From a virus (Duplodnaviria; Caudoviricetes): DNA of 46,745 bases. The DNA is taken from positions 1 through 46,745 of IMG/VR virus record IMGVR_UViG_3300031716_000017, one strand, 5' to 3'. Position 1 is the first letter of the stretch. The number at the start of each line of letters is the position of its first letter. The notes under the pieces are model-generated. The model worked only from the letters and a program-made list of their open reading frames with translations, searched no databases and was not told the DNA's origin. The position numbers and the translations under genes were made by a program. Positions 9,128 to 18,226 of this stretch are shown here, piece by piece.

Positions 9128-10863
9128 TTCCTGTCCGTCCCCAGATCGATCTGTCGGCCGTTCGAACGATCCGGACCTACGCCCCGAACGGGGTTGCTGA
9201 TTCCGCGCCCCTGAACGCTCTCATGCGGGAATCCGGAGTCCGTGAGGTCCGGATGTTGGCCGGGACCGCGATCCTGAATGACACCGGGTCGGGAACTGGC
9301 GTTCTCGTGCCCAGTAACATCGTCTGGATCTGGCATCCGACGAGCACACTCCTGTCGACGGTTCCGGCGAACGTCCTGAATTACCCCATCGGGGTTGCGA
9401 CATATACCGCCGCCCCCGGAGAGACCCCGACCACGCTTCAAGCGAACACGGTTGCGGGCAGTCCCGTGATTCATACCGTGGGACCCATTTCGGCCGGGGT
9501 TGCGATCACGTTCGGGAATACGATCACTAATCGCGTGGTCGTCCGGACCGTTCGATCCGTATCCGGGTCCGGTCCCTATATCCTGACCCTGAACAAGCCT
9601 GTCCCCTTCATGATCTCTGCGGGGGAATCCGTCACTCCTGGCGTGTTCACGTCCAACATTGAGATCCACGGTCAAGGCGGGCTCTTGTCCGGAGATGGCA
9701 ATAACGGATTTGAACTGAACAAGGTTCAAGGGGGTTTGGTCGAAGGCGTCCGCGTTGCTGGGTCATTCGACACGATCATTCTATCGTGGGATCTCGGGGG
9801 GAATGATGTCGAATTCCGGAACTGTGATGTCGACGGCCGGGGCCTGTCAAAGATCCTGCTTTCGGTGGAATCGTGTAGCGAATTCCTGGTAAAGGATTGC
9901 AAACTTCACCACAGTGGCCAAACGGACACGGAAGCCGTCTGGATCACGGACAGTGACGGGGCCCTGATCAATAATCATGTCTTCGCAAATAACAGCCAGG
10001 GGATCCAGGTAACCGGGGACCTGGGCGTGATGATCCAGGGCGGCAAGATCGAAGGCCACACGACCCAGGCGGGGATCCTTCTGAACGGTGCAACGGCCAC
10101 GTCGATTACCGGGGTAACGTTTTCGGACAATGCCTACGGCGTCCGCTGTCTTACGAGCGCGGAACGGGTGTCGATCTCCGACTGTACTTTCATCCGGTGT
10201 ACTTCGGCCGGCATTTACCAGGATGCCGGGGAACTGTCCGTGTCCAACATTCGGACTACCGCCTGTCTGTTCGGGATCGAAAGCGAAGGTGGGCACCTGG
10301 AAATCAGGAACTGGCGCTCCGAATCGGACAGTAACTATGCCCTGGTCATGGGCCTGTCTGGGGCGGCGGACGTCCAGGTCCACGGTTTCAACTGGTCCGG
10401 GGGGAACACCTGGGCCGGAGTGTTCACCGGATCCGGGTCAAAACTGGATCTGTGCGACGGTCTGATCGCTGGTGGTACTAGCACCTATGCGATCAACGTA
10501 ACCGGGGCAGATTCGATCTACGTGGAAAAGGTCCGAAGTACGGGCTGTCTTTACGGTGCCCATTCGGCTGGCGTGGCATCCGTGTGGCGATTCGGAAAGG
10601 GGGTGGACTTCTCTTCCGCTTCCGGGGCGGATATCCACCTGGACGGGTCCGCGAAATCCAACGTCGGGACCCTTACTCTGAACGGTGCCACGGGCGTTGA
10701 CGTCAATTTCCCGATCCTGACCACGGAAGAAGTGTCCCTCTCCCGTACCACGGCCCTCGGTACGCCGTCCGGGATCGTTACCGTGACCAAGACCGTTGGA
10801 ACCAAGTTCACGGTAACCGGCATCGCGCTGGACGTGTCCACGTTCCGTTATAAGGTCGAATGA
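9124..10863 (+). CDS. Right-handed parallel beta-helix tailspike/depolymerase-like protein
   Basis: 579 aa with recurring GI/GV...I.N/DC beta-helix-like repeats; in tail operon. Confidence 0.7.
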   Translation: MIPVRPQIDLSAVRTIRTYAPNGVADSAPLNALMRESGVREVRMLAGTAILNDTGSGTGVLVPSNIVWIWHPTSTLLSTVPANVLNYPIGVATYTAAPGETPTTLQANTVAGSPVIHTVGPISAGVAITFGNTITNRVVVRTVRSVSGSGPYILTLNKPVPFMISAGESVTPGVFTSNIEIHGQGGLLSGDGNNGFELNKVQGGLVEGVRVAGSFDTIILSWDLGGNDVEFRNCDVDGRGLSKILLSVESCSEFLVKDCKLHHSGQTDTEAVWITDSDGALINNHVFANNSQGIQVTGDLGVMIQGGKIEGHTTQAGILLNGATATSITGVTFSDNAYGVRCLTSAERVSISDCTFIRCTSAGIYQDAGELSVSNIRTTACLFGIESEGGHLEIRNWRSESDSNYALVMGLSGAADVQVHGFNWSGGNTWAGVFTGSGSKLDLCDGLIAGGTSTYAINVTGADSIYVEKVRSTGCLYGAHSAGVASVWRFGKGVDFSSASGADIHLDGSAKSNVGTLTLNGATGVDVNFPILTTEEVSLSRTTALGTPSGIVTVTKTVGTKFTVTGIALDVSTFRYKVE

Positions 10864-11228
10864 TCGCCGAACTTGCACTGGACCCTGCAACGGGGGACCT
10901 GGCATTCCCGCCCAGGATCATCCACGGGATCGAAGCCATAGCCCAGCGAATCCGGGTCCGCTTCCGTTGGTTCCTGGGGGAATGGTTCCTGGATCAACGC
11001 CAGGGCGTTCCGTATTACGCTCACATCCTGATCAAGAACCCGGACCCAATCTTGATCAGTTACGTGTTCCGTCAAGTCCTATTAAAAACCCCCGGAGTCG
11101 CTTCGGTTTCCAACTTCCAGGCATCGATCGATCGCCGTTCCAGGATGCTGACGGTGGACTTTGAAGCGACCCTGGACGATGGTACAATCCTGACCGCGCA
11201 AGCGGAACCCTTCATTATCAGCGCCTGA
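10860..11228 (+). CDS. Baseplate wedge/sheath initiator (gp25/gp46-like)
   Basis: AQRIRVR...FLGEWFLD...GVPY, TPGV motifs. Confidence 0.8.
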   Translation: MIAELALDPATGDLAFPPRIIHGIEAIAQRIRVRFRWFLGEWFLDQRQGVPYYAHILIKNPDPILISYVFRQVLLKTPGVASVSNFQASIDRRSRMLTVDFEATLDDGTILTAQAEPFIISA

Positions 11229-11230
11229 AT

Positions 11231-12451
11231 ATGACCGTCGGAACCTATTTGACCGCCCAGGGATTGAATATCCCGACCGTGGAACAGATCCTGGCGGCAT
11301 GTTCGGCCGAGCAGAGATCCACGATTGATTCGCTCCTAAACACGGATGCGGACGGCCCCGTCGGTCAGCTTTCAGGCATCTTCGCCAGTCACCTTCGGGA
11401 AGCCTGGGAAGCCCTGCAAATCGCCTACAACGGCGAGAACCCGGACGCGGCCGAAGGCTTCCTGTTGGAAGCCGTGTCAGCGATCACGGGAACACTCCGC
11501 GCTCCTGCTACCAGGTCCAAGTTCGTCGGGGCCCGCAAACTTCGGATGACCCTGGGCGCAACTACTCCGGTCCCGGCGGGGACTACGTTCCACGTTTTGG
11601 GGGACCCGAACACGTCTTTTCACACGACCGAAGACATCACGTCCACTATCGCGGGTGACTACTTGGTGTCCGCGGAATGCGACGTTACCGGCCCGGTTCC
11701 CTGCAATGCCACGACACTGACTGAGATTTCTACGCCGGTCGTGGGCCTGAACGCGGTTATCAACGATTTCGACGCAATCCCTGGAACGAACGCTGACAAT
11801 GACGCCGAACTTCGGATCAGGCGTGAACAGGAACTGAGGGCCACAGGTTCAGGAACGATCGACAGTATCCGGGCCGATCTTCTGGGGATCGCTCTGGAAG
11901 ATGAATCCAAACCGATCCAGGAAGCGATTATCCTGGAAAACGTCAACGATACCACGGACGGGAACGGCCTTCCGGGTCACTCGATTGAGTGCCTCGTTTA
12001 CGACGGCGTAGGTCAGGACTGTCCCGACGATACAATCGCGCAAACGATCTGGAATTCGAAGCCGGCAGGGATTCAACTTTATGGCGGTCTAACTGGAAAC
12101 GCCGTCGATTCTCTGGGTAACTCTAGGATCGTCCCGTTCTCCAGGCCCACGTCCAAGGAAGTTGTATTGCTAGCAACGCTGACCCTGGCGAATCCGAACC
12201 AGGTCCCGTCCCAGTATCTGGCCGTGGTTCGCGCCGCTGTCATTGCCGAATTTGCCAAACGTGTCCGGGTCGGGTCCGTGATTCGGTGCAATCATTACGA
12301 AGCGGCCATCCTGGCGATCCCTGGGATCGATGATGCAATCGTCCAGCTTGCGTTCAACCCACCCGGAACCCTGAACCCCGCTGGAACAAATCTAACCCTG
12401 GGCGTCAGGGAGATCGGTTACATTCAAACCTCTGGAATCAGCGTCGCATGA
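11231..12451 (+). CDS. Baseplate J-like wedge protein
   Basis: 406 aa; G...DNDAELRIRR, ENVND.TDGNGLPGHSIE, KPAGI, FSRP motifs. Confidence 0.88.
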   Translation: MTVGTYLTAQGLNIPTVEQILAACSAEQRSTIDSLLNTDADGPVGQLSGIFASHLREAWEALQIAYNGENPDAAEGFLLEAVSAITGTLRAPATRSKFVGARKLRMTLGATTPVPAGTTFHVLGDPNTSFHTTEDITSTIAGDYLVSAECDVTGPVPCNATTLTEISTPVVGLNAVINDFDAIPGTNADNDAELRIRREQELRATGSGTIDSIRADLLGIALEDESKPIQEAIILENVNDTTDGNGLPGHSIECLVYDGVGQDCPDDTIAQTIWNSKPAGIQLYGGLTGNAVDSLGNSRIVPFSRPTSKEVVLLATLTLANPNQVPSQYLAVVRAAVIAEFAKRVRVGSVIRCNHYEAAILAIPGIDDAIVQLAFNPPGTLNPAGTNLTLGVREIGYIQTSGISVA

Positions 12452-12849
12452 ACATCATTCAAACCGTCCGCGGTCAGTGTCAGGGATTGGTTCTGGGCTG
12501 GGGCGTCCCCGAAGAACAAAACCAGACCCTGGTCGAAATCTTCCCCCGCTGGGCCCTGACGTTCACGCCTCGGGCCCCGGCATTCGTCACCTTCGATGAC
12601 TATGCGAACGCTCGTCGGGAGACCAGGGTTCCCAGAGAACATCCGGTGATCGCCCTGGGGATCGGAGAGGGCTGTACCGCGATTCGATGCCTGGCTGTGT
12701 CGGGCTTCCTGAACGTGGCCAAGTTCGTCACGATTCAGCGCCCACAAGTCCCTGAAAAGGATCTCTGGATCTGGGAACGGGTCAAGGACAGGCTTCTGGT
12801 CCTGGACACGTTCGATCCGGCCGCCCTGGTGGCGAGTCTGAAAAGCTGA
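12448..12849 (+). CDS. Hypothetical protein inserted in baseplate operon
   Basis: ATGA overlap with baseplate J; no recognised motif. Confidence 0.6.
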   Translation: MNIIQTVRGQCQGLVLGWGVPEEQNQTLVEIFPRWALTFTPRAPAFVTFDDYANARRETRVPREHPVIALGIGEGCTAIRCLAVSGFLNVAKFVTIQRPQVPEKDLWIWERVKDRLLVLDTFDPAALVASLKS

Positions 12850-12851
12850 CC

Positions 12852-12998
12852 ATGGCCGAAATTCTGGACGCCCTGATCCTGTTCTGGTTGGTCGGGACCT
12901 GGTTCTATGAGGGCCACCATCGGCGTTGCACTGTAAAGACCAAGTGTTCCGATTGTGGTAAGGAATCGGAAACCACCTGTTTCAGCGGACACGAATAG
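12852..12998 (+). CDS. 48-aa membrane microprotein with Cys/His-rich tail (not in ORF track)
   Basis: MAEILDALILFWLVGTWFYEGHHRRCTVKTKCSDCGKESETTCFSGHE; fills the gap with 2- and 3-nt spacers. Confidence 0.6.
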   Translation: MAEILDALILFWLVGTWFYEGHHRRCTVKTKCSDCGKESETTCFSGHE

Positions 12999-13001
12999 CC
13001 C

Positions 13002-13613
13002 GTGGCCTACACACCTTCCAAAACGACGGACCACACTGAACGCGGACTGACCAAGTTCCTGGAACAGTTCAAGGGCCAGCCGATCCTTTCGGCCCTTCTT
13101 CGGTCCTATCTGAACCGCGTCCAGGAACTGGAAGACGCGATCTGGGAAGTGATCCTGATTCGTGGGATCGACGAATCCGAAGGCGTGAACCTGGACGCGA
13201 TCGGAGGAATCGTCGGGCGTCCGCGCCTGGGTCTGGGGGACGTGGATTATCGTGTGGCCCTTCGTGCCCAGATCCGGATCAATAGGTCGTCCGGAACCCC
13301 CGAGGACATGATCGTGGTCACCGGCCTTTCGATTACGGCTGGCGAATCGTTCACTTTCGAAGAAGCTTTCCCGGCCACGGTCGTAATCGAAGTCCTGGGC
13401 GTGGCCGTCTTTAACATTTTGGTCCTTTACGACAACCTTCTTAGGACCAAAGCGGGCGGGGTTCGATTGATCCTGGAATACTCCCTGAATCCGACCGCGG
13501 ACAACTTTACTTTTTCCGACGATGACACGACGCCCAGTGATACCCTTCGGGGCTGGGGCGATGATTCGCCCGTGACCCTGGGCGGCTATTGGATTGACGT
13601 TGCAGGACCCTGA
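13002..13613 (+). CDS. Baseplate wedge protein (DUF2612/gpI-like)
   Basis: EQFKG.P, G.NLDAIG.IVG.PR, D.DYR..LRA.I..N.S.GT motifs. Confidence 0.8.
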   Translation: MAYTPSKTTDHTERGLTKFLEQFKGQPILSALLRSYLNRVQELEDAIWEVILIRGIDESEGVNLDAIGGIVGRPRLGLGDVDYRVALRAQIRINRSSGTPEDMIVVTGLSITAGESFTFEEAFPATVVIEVLGVAVFNILVLYDNLLRTKAGGVRLILEYSLNPTADNFTFSDDDTTPSDTLRGWGDDSPVTLGGYWIDVAGP

Positions 13614-13615
13614 CC

Positions 13616-15304
13616 ATGCCTGTTTCTAAGCCTGCCAAACTTCCCCGCTGGGCCACGTCCGCCGGTCGCACCGTGGAACCCCCTGAAACGGGAACCACGA
13701 CCACTTCCAAGGATTACGGATACATCCTTGGGACACGTCCCCCGGCCCGGATGATGAACTGGTGGAAGAACCTGGTTTATCAATGGTGCCAATACCTGGA
13801 CGACCTGAACGAACAGGATTTCACGTCCAGTGGTTACGGTCCGTGGACCGAAGAACACGACTATACTGGTGGAGATTCCGGACGCGCCCCGATTACGATC
13901 ACGGCCGCCGCTTCGTCCGCCGCCCCCGGTATTTCTAGCACTGGGGAAGGCGTCGGGGCGGGTGGCGTTTTCATCGGAGGGGCTAACGGCCCCGGTGTTT
14001 ACGCCACGGGAAAAGGTGGTCTCGCCGGGACTATCAGCAATGGTGACGGGGCCGGGGCTGGCATTCTGGGGACCGGCGGTTCCGGGGGTGGACCCGGCGC
14101 ACAATTCCAGGGCGGATCCGCGGGCGGATACGGGATCAGTTCCACAGGCGGGCCCACGTCTTCCGGTGGCCTGTTCGTGGGAACAGACGCCCAAGGGATC
14201 ATCGTCCTGGTAAACAATGCCGGGACCAGCGGCAATTACCCCGGGGTAGACTCGACCGGCGCCGGGACGTCCCCCGGAGTCAAGGGAACCGGCGGTTCCG
14301 GGGGCGGAGCTGGGGTTCAGGGCGTGGCCGGCGCGTCGGGGGCCCTGGGTGGCGTGTTCACCGGGAACGCTACGGGATCGGGGATCCAGGCCACGGGCGG
14401 GTCCACTGGCATGGGCGTGGACGGACGGGGCGGCACTGGGGGTAATACCCTGGGGGTCCAGGGGACGGGCCACGGGACCGCGGGGGGCGTCCTGGGCCAG
14501 GGCGGGTCCACCAGCGGCCCAGGCGTCCAGGGCCTGGGTGGGGCCAGCAATGGCGATGGGGTCCAGGGGACGGGAGCTGGGACCGGGGCCGGTGTCCGAG
14601 CCACAGGTGGCAGTACCGGCCCCGGCCTGGTCGCAACCGGGGGCGGCGGCAATTCGTCCGGGGTCACGGCTACGGGATCCGGGACCGGAGTCGGTATCTC
14701 TGGAACCGGAGGGGCGTCCGGCGGAATCGGCGTCCTGGGAACAGCTGGGAATGCCACGTCCCCGGGCGTCAAGGGGATCGGTTCCGGGAGCGGAACCGCC
14801 GGGCCCGCGATCCTGGCCCATGCTTCAAATAGCAACAATGACGCCGCCGTTGTGGTGGATCAGGGAACGATCCGATTCACTGGTTCTAACCCGTCGATCA
14901 GTGCGAACCTGGGCACGAACGTGATCACCGGACCCACGATCGCCAAGTCCTGGGGTTGTCTTCTGATTCACACGGACGCCACAACCCCCACCATTGCCTT
15001 CCAGGGGGATGGCCACAACTACGATACGGCTTCAATCGAAGCGGATCATACTACGGTCGCGGTCACGTTCCTGACGCCTATGGCGAACGGGAATTATGAC
15101 GTAGAAATCAAGGTGCGTTTCCCTGGCGGGGCGTCACATTACAAGATTGCGATCCCGGTGGAAGACGGAACCCAGGCAATCGATGCAAACGGGTTTGCAT
15201 TCAGAGTTTGGGACCTGACCGCGGGGGCCATCCTGGACCTGAAAACCGCAATCGCAGGATTTTCTGATTTCGTGGTTACCTGGCACGTCTTCGCGCGTCA
15301 GTAA
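13616..15304 (+). CDS. Tail fibre / receptor-binding protein with glycine-rich repeats
   Basis: N-terminal PRWA...PPA..MNW fibre anchor pattern; long G.GV.G repeat region; last gene of tail operon. Confidence 0.8.
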   Translation: MPVSKPAKLPRWATSAGRTVEPPETGTTTTSKDYGYILGTRPPARMMNWWKNLVYQWCQYLDDLNEQDFTSSGYGPWTEEHDYTGGDSGRAPITITAAASSAAPGISSTGEGVGAGGVFIGGANGPGVYATGKGGLAGTISNGDGAGAGILGTGGSGGGPGAQFQGGSAGGYGISSTGGPTSSGGLFVGTDAQGIIVLVNNAGTSGNYPGVDSTGAGTSPGVKGTGGSGGGAGVQGVAGASGALGGVFTGNATGSGIQATGGSTGMGVDGRGGTGGNTLGVQGTGHGTAGGVLGQGGSTSGPGVQGLGGASNGDGVQGTGAGTGAGVRATGGSTGPGLVATGGGGNSSGVTATGSGTGVGISGTGGASGGIGVLGTAGNATSPGVKGIGSGSGTAGPAILAHASNSNNDAAVVVDQGTIRFTGSNPSISANLGTNVITGPTIAKSWGCLLIHTDATTPTIAFQGDGHNYDTASIEADHTTVAVTFLTPMANGNYDVEIKVRFPGGASHYKIAIPVEDGTQAIDANGFAFRVWDLTAGAILDLKTAIAGFSDFVVTWHVFARQ

Positions 15305-15564
15305 CCGAGCGGAACGCACCGTCCGACCGGACGGCCAGCGTCAGAACAGCAAGCAACGCACACGAACGGTGCATTGTCGGGGCAGTCTCTAGAGGCCCCA
15401 CAATCGAACGCGTCCGCTGAATCGGAACACTCAGTCAACCCACTTGCGCAGAATTGATCAATCTGGATGCCCCCGTCTCCAGAGTAGACGATCAAGACAG
15501 ATTCAATCGGTCCCGAGCCACAAGATACCAGACCCAAAAATGCAACCAAAATAAGCCTTTTCAT
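15298..15564 (-). CDS. Cysteine-rich lipoprotein
   Basis: Signal peptide MKRLILVAFLGLVS-C (lipobox) plus 8 further Cys. Confidence 0.7.
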   Translation of the reverse strand: MKRLILVAFLGLVSCGSGPIESVLIVYSGDGGIQIDQFCASGLTECSDSADAFDCGASRDCPDNAPFVCVACCSDAGRPVGRCVPLGY

Positions 15565-15581
15565 TTCTCCCGGTTTCCTTT

Positions 15582-15827
15582 CTACCCTTCGACCGCGGCC
15601 AAACGTTGCCGCGCTGCTTCAATCGCTTCCCCCAGCTTGGGGAACTGGGCCATAGCCCGTTCCAACGTCCGCCGACCACAGCCGAATCGGGCCGCGGTCG
15701 GGGTCAGGTTCCTGGTTTCTTCGTACACGACCACGACCTGGGCGATCGTGGCGTCCCTGGTTGCCTGGCACGCCAGGGCCGTCCGAAGGTCCGACGTCTG
15801 GCCCTGACCCTGGACAGGCGGCGGCAT
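15582..15827 (-). CDS. Small HTH (Fis-like) DNA-binding protein
   Basis: NLTPTAARFGCGRRTLERAM; ATG 15827 chosen because it lies just past the upstream gene stop. Confidence 0.6.
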   Translation of the reverse strand: MPPPVQGQGQTSDLRTALACQATRDATIAQVVVVYEETRNLTPTAARFGCGRRTLERAMAQFPKLGEAIEAARQRLAAVEG

Positions 15828-15829
15828 GG

Positions 15830-16075
15830 CTAGCGCCCCTCCCGGGCCCGCCTGGCGTCGTCCAGGGCCTGGTCCACGTCCACGTCCGCGACCCGCACGG
15901 CTCCACGTTCGTCCAGCCGCCAGACGGCAACACGGCCCAGACGGGCCACGACCTGGACCAGGGTCGGGAACACGACGGCGAACCCGATCGGACCCCGATA
16001 CATGAGCCCCCGACCGATCCAGCCCAGGACGATCCCAGCCACGACGCACAGGACCGCGCACAGGACCGGGATCAC
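15830..16075 (-). CDS. Small membrane protein
   Basis: GTG overlaps upstream TGA; hydrophobic MIPVLCAVLCVVAGIVLGWIG. Confidence 0.6.
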   Translation of the reverse strand: MIPVLCAVLCVVAGIVLGWIGRGLMYRGPIGFAVVFPTLVQVVARLGRVAVWRLDERGAVRVADVDVDQALDDARRAREGR

Positions 16076-16266
16076 GGCTTCACCTGCCCGCGGACTTCCT
16101 TGACCAGGGCCTGGGCGTCCGTCTCTTCTTCCTGACTCGGACCCGTTTCCGTGATCCCAGCCGTTTTCATGTTCAATTCCAGGGCCCGGATCAGAACCCG
16201 CAACTGAGTAGCGGTCAAACGACGGGCGATCACGTACAGGAATGCTCGCTTGATTTCGTTGGTCAT
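16072..16266 (-). CDS. Hypothetical protein
   Basis: RBS GAGGTG; first gene after promoter P5. Confidence 0.7.
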   Translation of the reverse strand: MTNEIKRAFLYVIARRLTATQLRVLIRALELNMKTAGITETGPSQEEETDAQALVKEVRGQVKP

Positions 16267-16283
16267 TCCACACCTCTGACCCC

Positions 16284-16312
16284 ATCATACGTCAACCTTG
16301 ACGCATAGTCAA
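16284..16312 (-). promoter_or_regulatory. Sigma70-type promoter P5 with palindromic operator
   Basis: TTGACT-17-TATGAT; operator TACGTCAACCTTGACGCA at 16288-16305. Confidence 0.8.
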
Positions 16313-16322
16313 CCCAGAAACA

Positions 16323-16359
16323 CGAAGGCCCTGGACGGGAGGGACGTCCAGGGCCTTCG
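16323..16359 (-). terminator. Probable intrinsic terminator
   Basis: Perfect 15-bp stem CGAAGGCCCTGGACG/CGTCCAGGGCCTTCG followed by TGTTTCT on - strand. Confidence 0.7.
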
Positions 16360-16382
16360 GCCGGCGGGTTCGGGTCGGGCTG

Positions 16383-16691
16383 TCAGGTGATGGTGTCGGC
16401 GTCCACGGCGGACGTGGCCCAGCGATCCCCGTCCTTGCGGAAGGTCACGATCATGTCCTTCGTGGTCATCTGGCCGGGGACGGGCTTGCCGTCCGCGCCC
16501 ATGACCGGGACCGGGACCGGCATCTTGTGGGGTCCCGCGCCGGCCAGCTTGACGATCTCGCCGATCTTCGGGGCGGCCTGGACTTCCAGGGTGTGGACGT
16601 CCTTCCGGGCGGATTCGATCACGGCGAAGTCCACGCCGATCGCTGTCATCTTCGCGCGCTTGTCTTCCTGGGTCAGCTTCGGATTCGACAT
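16383..16691 (-). CDS. Hypothetical protein
   Basis: RBS GGGAG; strong GC3 bias; followed by terminator. Confidence 0.7.
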   Translation of the reverse strand: MSNPKLTQEDKRAKMTAIGVDFAVIESARKDVHTLEVQAAPKIGEIVKLAGAGPHKMPVPVPVMGADGKPVPGQMTTKDMIVTFRKDGDRWATSAVDADTIT

Positions 16692-16755
16692 CTTGTTTCG
16701 TCTCCCGTCTAGGGTGTGATTGGTTTATCTCACGCCCCAGGGACGAAATCAAGCC

Positions 16756-17178
16756 CTAGAACACTTCCGACATCGTAAAACCGCGGGTCACGATCCGACC
16801 GCAACCCCCGGAACAGGTCTGAACCTGTTCCACGGCCTGGCCATCGTCCGGGAAACGCACCTGGTTACGAGCGGCCCAAGCGGCGTCCAGGGCTTCGGAC
16901 GAAGACGCACCCATCAGACGGGCCTGGGTCCCGGCTTCGTGGGCGGCTTCGGCCTGGCGTTCGATGAATGCCGCTTCGCTGTCCCGCTGGCGCTGGGCCT
17001 GGACCACTTCGGCCGGCGGACATGCCTGGACCACGGGCGGCGGCGCGTCCACGTCCACGGGGACCACCTTGCTGCCCCTGACCGTCCTGGCGTACCGTTC
17101 AGCCAGACCTTGGTCCCCGAACGCGGGGGACGTCGTTTTCTTGCCGCTCCGATCCAGGAATTCAACCTTCCAGGCCAT
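16756..17178 (-). CDS. Hypothetical protein
   Basis: Tightly packed in - strand operon; C-terminal CSGGC. Confidence 0.65.
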   Translation of the reverse strand: MAWKVEFLDRSGKKTTSPAFGDQGLAERYARTVRGSKVVPVDVDAPPPVVQACPPAEVVQAQRQRDSEAAFIERQAEAAHEAGTQARLMGASSSEALDAAWAARNQVRFPDDGQAVEQVQTCSGGCGRIVTRGFTMSEVF

Positions 17179-17181
17179 GGT

Positions 17182-17373
17182 TCAGCCGTCCTTCTGGCCG
17201 GGTTCCCTGGGTTCCAGGTCCCATAGAACGCGGGTCAGGCTTCCTTCGGCCATGGCCAGCCGTGTCAAGTTCATGTGACTGATCCCGGCCCTGTCCAGGG
17301 CCCTGGCCACAAGCTTGATCTGGACGATCATGTCCGCCAGGGCGGTCAGGGCTTCTTCCTTGTTCATGTTCAC
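17182..17373 (-). CDS. Hypothetical protein
   Basis: GTGA overlap with upstream gene. Confidence 0.6.
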   Translation of the reverse strand: MNMNKEEALTALADMIVQIKLVARALDRAGISHMNLTRLAMAEGSLTRVLWDLEPREPGQKDG

Positions 17374-17867
17374 GTCCCTTCGGGCCGAAGCCCCGTTCGG
17401 TCAAGCCAGTCCTGGGTCAGGTGCATGATCTCGCCCATGACCCGGCCCATGTCCCGTTCGTGTTCCGGCGTTCCCGCTTCGGATCCCCTGGGGAGATAAA
17501 GCAGGGCAACCAACCGGACCTTTCGCACGTCCAAGCCCCAGGGGATTCCGTAGTACATGATCGGGTCGGGGAAGCTGACCAGACAATCCAGCGCGGAACG
17601 CCCAGGCGGCTGGATCACGAAAAAGTCCGGACAGGCGAATTCGTAAGGCCGGCGGGTAAATCCCTGGATCGGACCGTACCAGAAGCTGGGCAACCCGACC
17701 CGGGCGTTATGCGGCCGGCCATAGATCACGGCCAGGACCCAGATCAGGATCTGGCGGGTCGAGGTTGCGGGCGCGAAGACCACTTCCCAGATTCGGGCGA
17801 TTCGTTCCAGGTCCAGGCGGAAGAACCGCCGCCTGATCCGCCGCTTCTTCTCGCTTCGGGCGCTCAT
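17370..17867 (-). CDS. Hypothetical protein
   Basis: ATGA overlap with upstream gene; Arg-rich N-terminus. Confidence 0.6.
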   Translation of the reverse strand: MSARSEKKRRIRRRFFRLDLERIARIWEVVFAPATSTRQILIWVLAVIYGRPHNARVGLPSFWYGPIQGFTRRPYEFACPDFFVIQPPGRSALDCLVSFPDPIMYYGIPWGLDVRKVRLVALLYLPRGSEAGTPEHERDMGRVMGEIMHLTQDWLDRTGLRPEGT

Positions 17868-18187
17868 TTGGGCACCTTGAACCGGACTTTGACCTGGGTT
17901 CCCAGGGTCACGTCCAGCCGAACGGGGAACCGGGCTTCCACGGCCACGGCCGCCAGTTCCGCCATGTCCACGTCCACGAACCCGGCCAGCTTGTAAGCCC
18001 CAGCGAACACAACCCGCCGGGGATTGCCGATCAACAGGTTCCAGCGCCCGAACACACCACTGATCGTGATCTCGGGATCCTTACGGAACAACTTGTAGAA
18101 CAGGGCACGAACGCGGGGGATCTCGGTTTTCGTGGGGTTGGACAGGACGATCACCCCGCCACTGATTTCCAGGATATTGTTTGCCAT
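17864..18187 (-). CDS. Hypothetical protein, near-leaderless start
   Basis: ATG 18187 is 9 nt after the -10 of P4; the ORF-track start lies inside the promoter. Confidence 0.6.
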   Translation of the reverse strand: MANNILEISGGVIVLSNPTKTEIPRVRALFYKLFRKDPEITISGVFGRWNLLIGNPRRVVFAGAYKLAGFVDVDMAELAAVAVEARFPVRLDVTLGTQVKVRFKVPK

Positions 18188-18196
18188 GAGACACTC

Positions 18197-18226
18197 AGTA
18201 TACGTCAGGGTTGACGTACGTGTCAA
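18197..18226 (-). promoter_or_regulatory. Sigma70-type promoter P4 with palindromic operator
   Basis: TTGACA-18-TATACT; operator TACGTCAGGGTTGACGTA at 18201-18218. Confidence 0.8.

Noticed and set aside
13616-15304. Diversity-generating retroelement or invertible fibre segment
   Set aside because: No reverse transcriptase, invertase or template/variable repeat pair seen; repeats reflect Gly-rich protein periodicity
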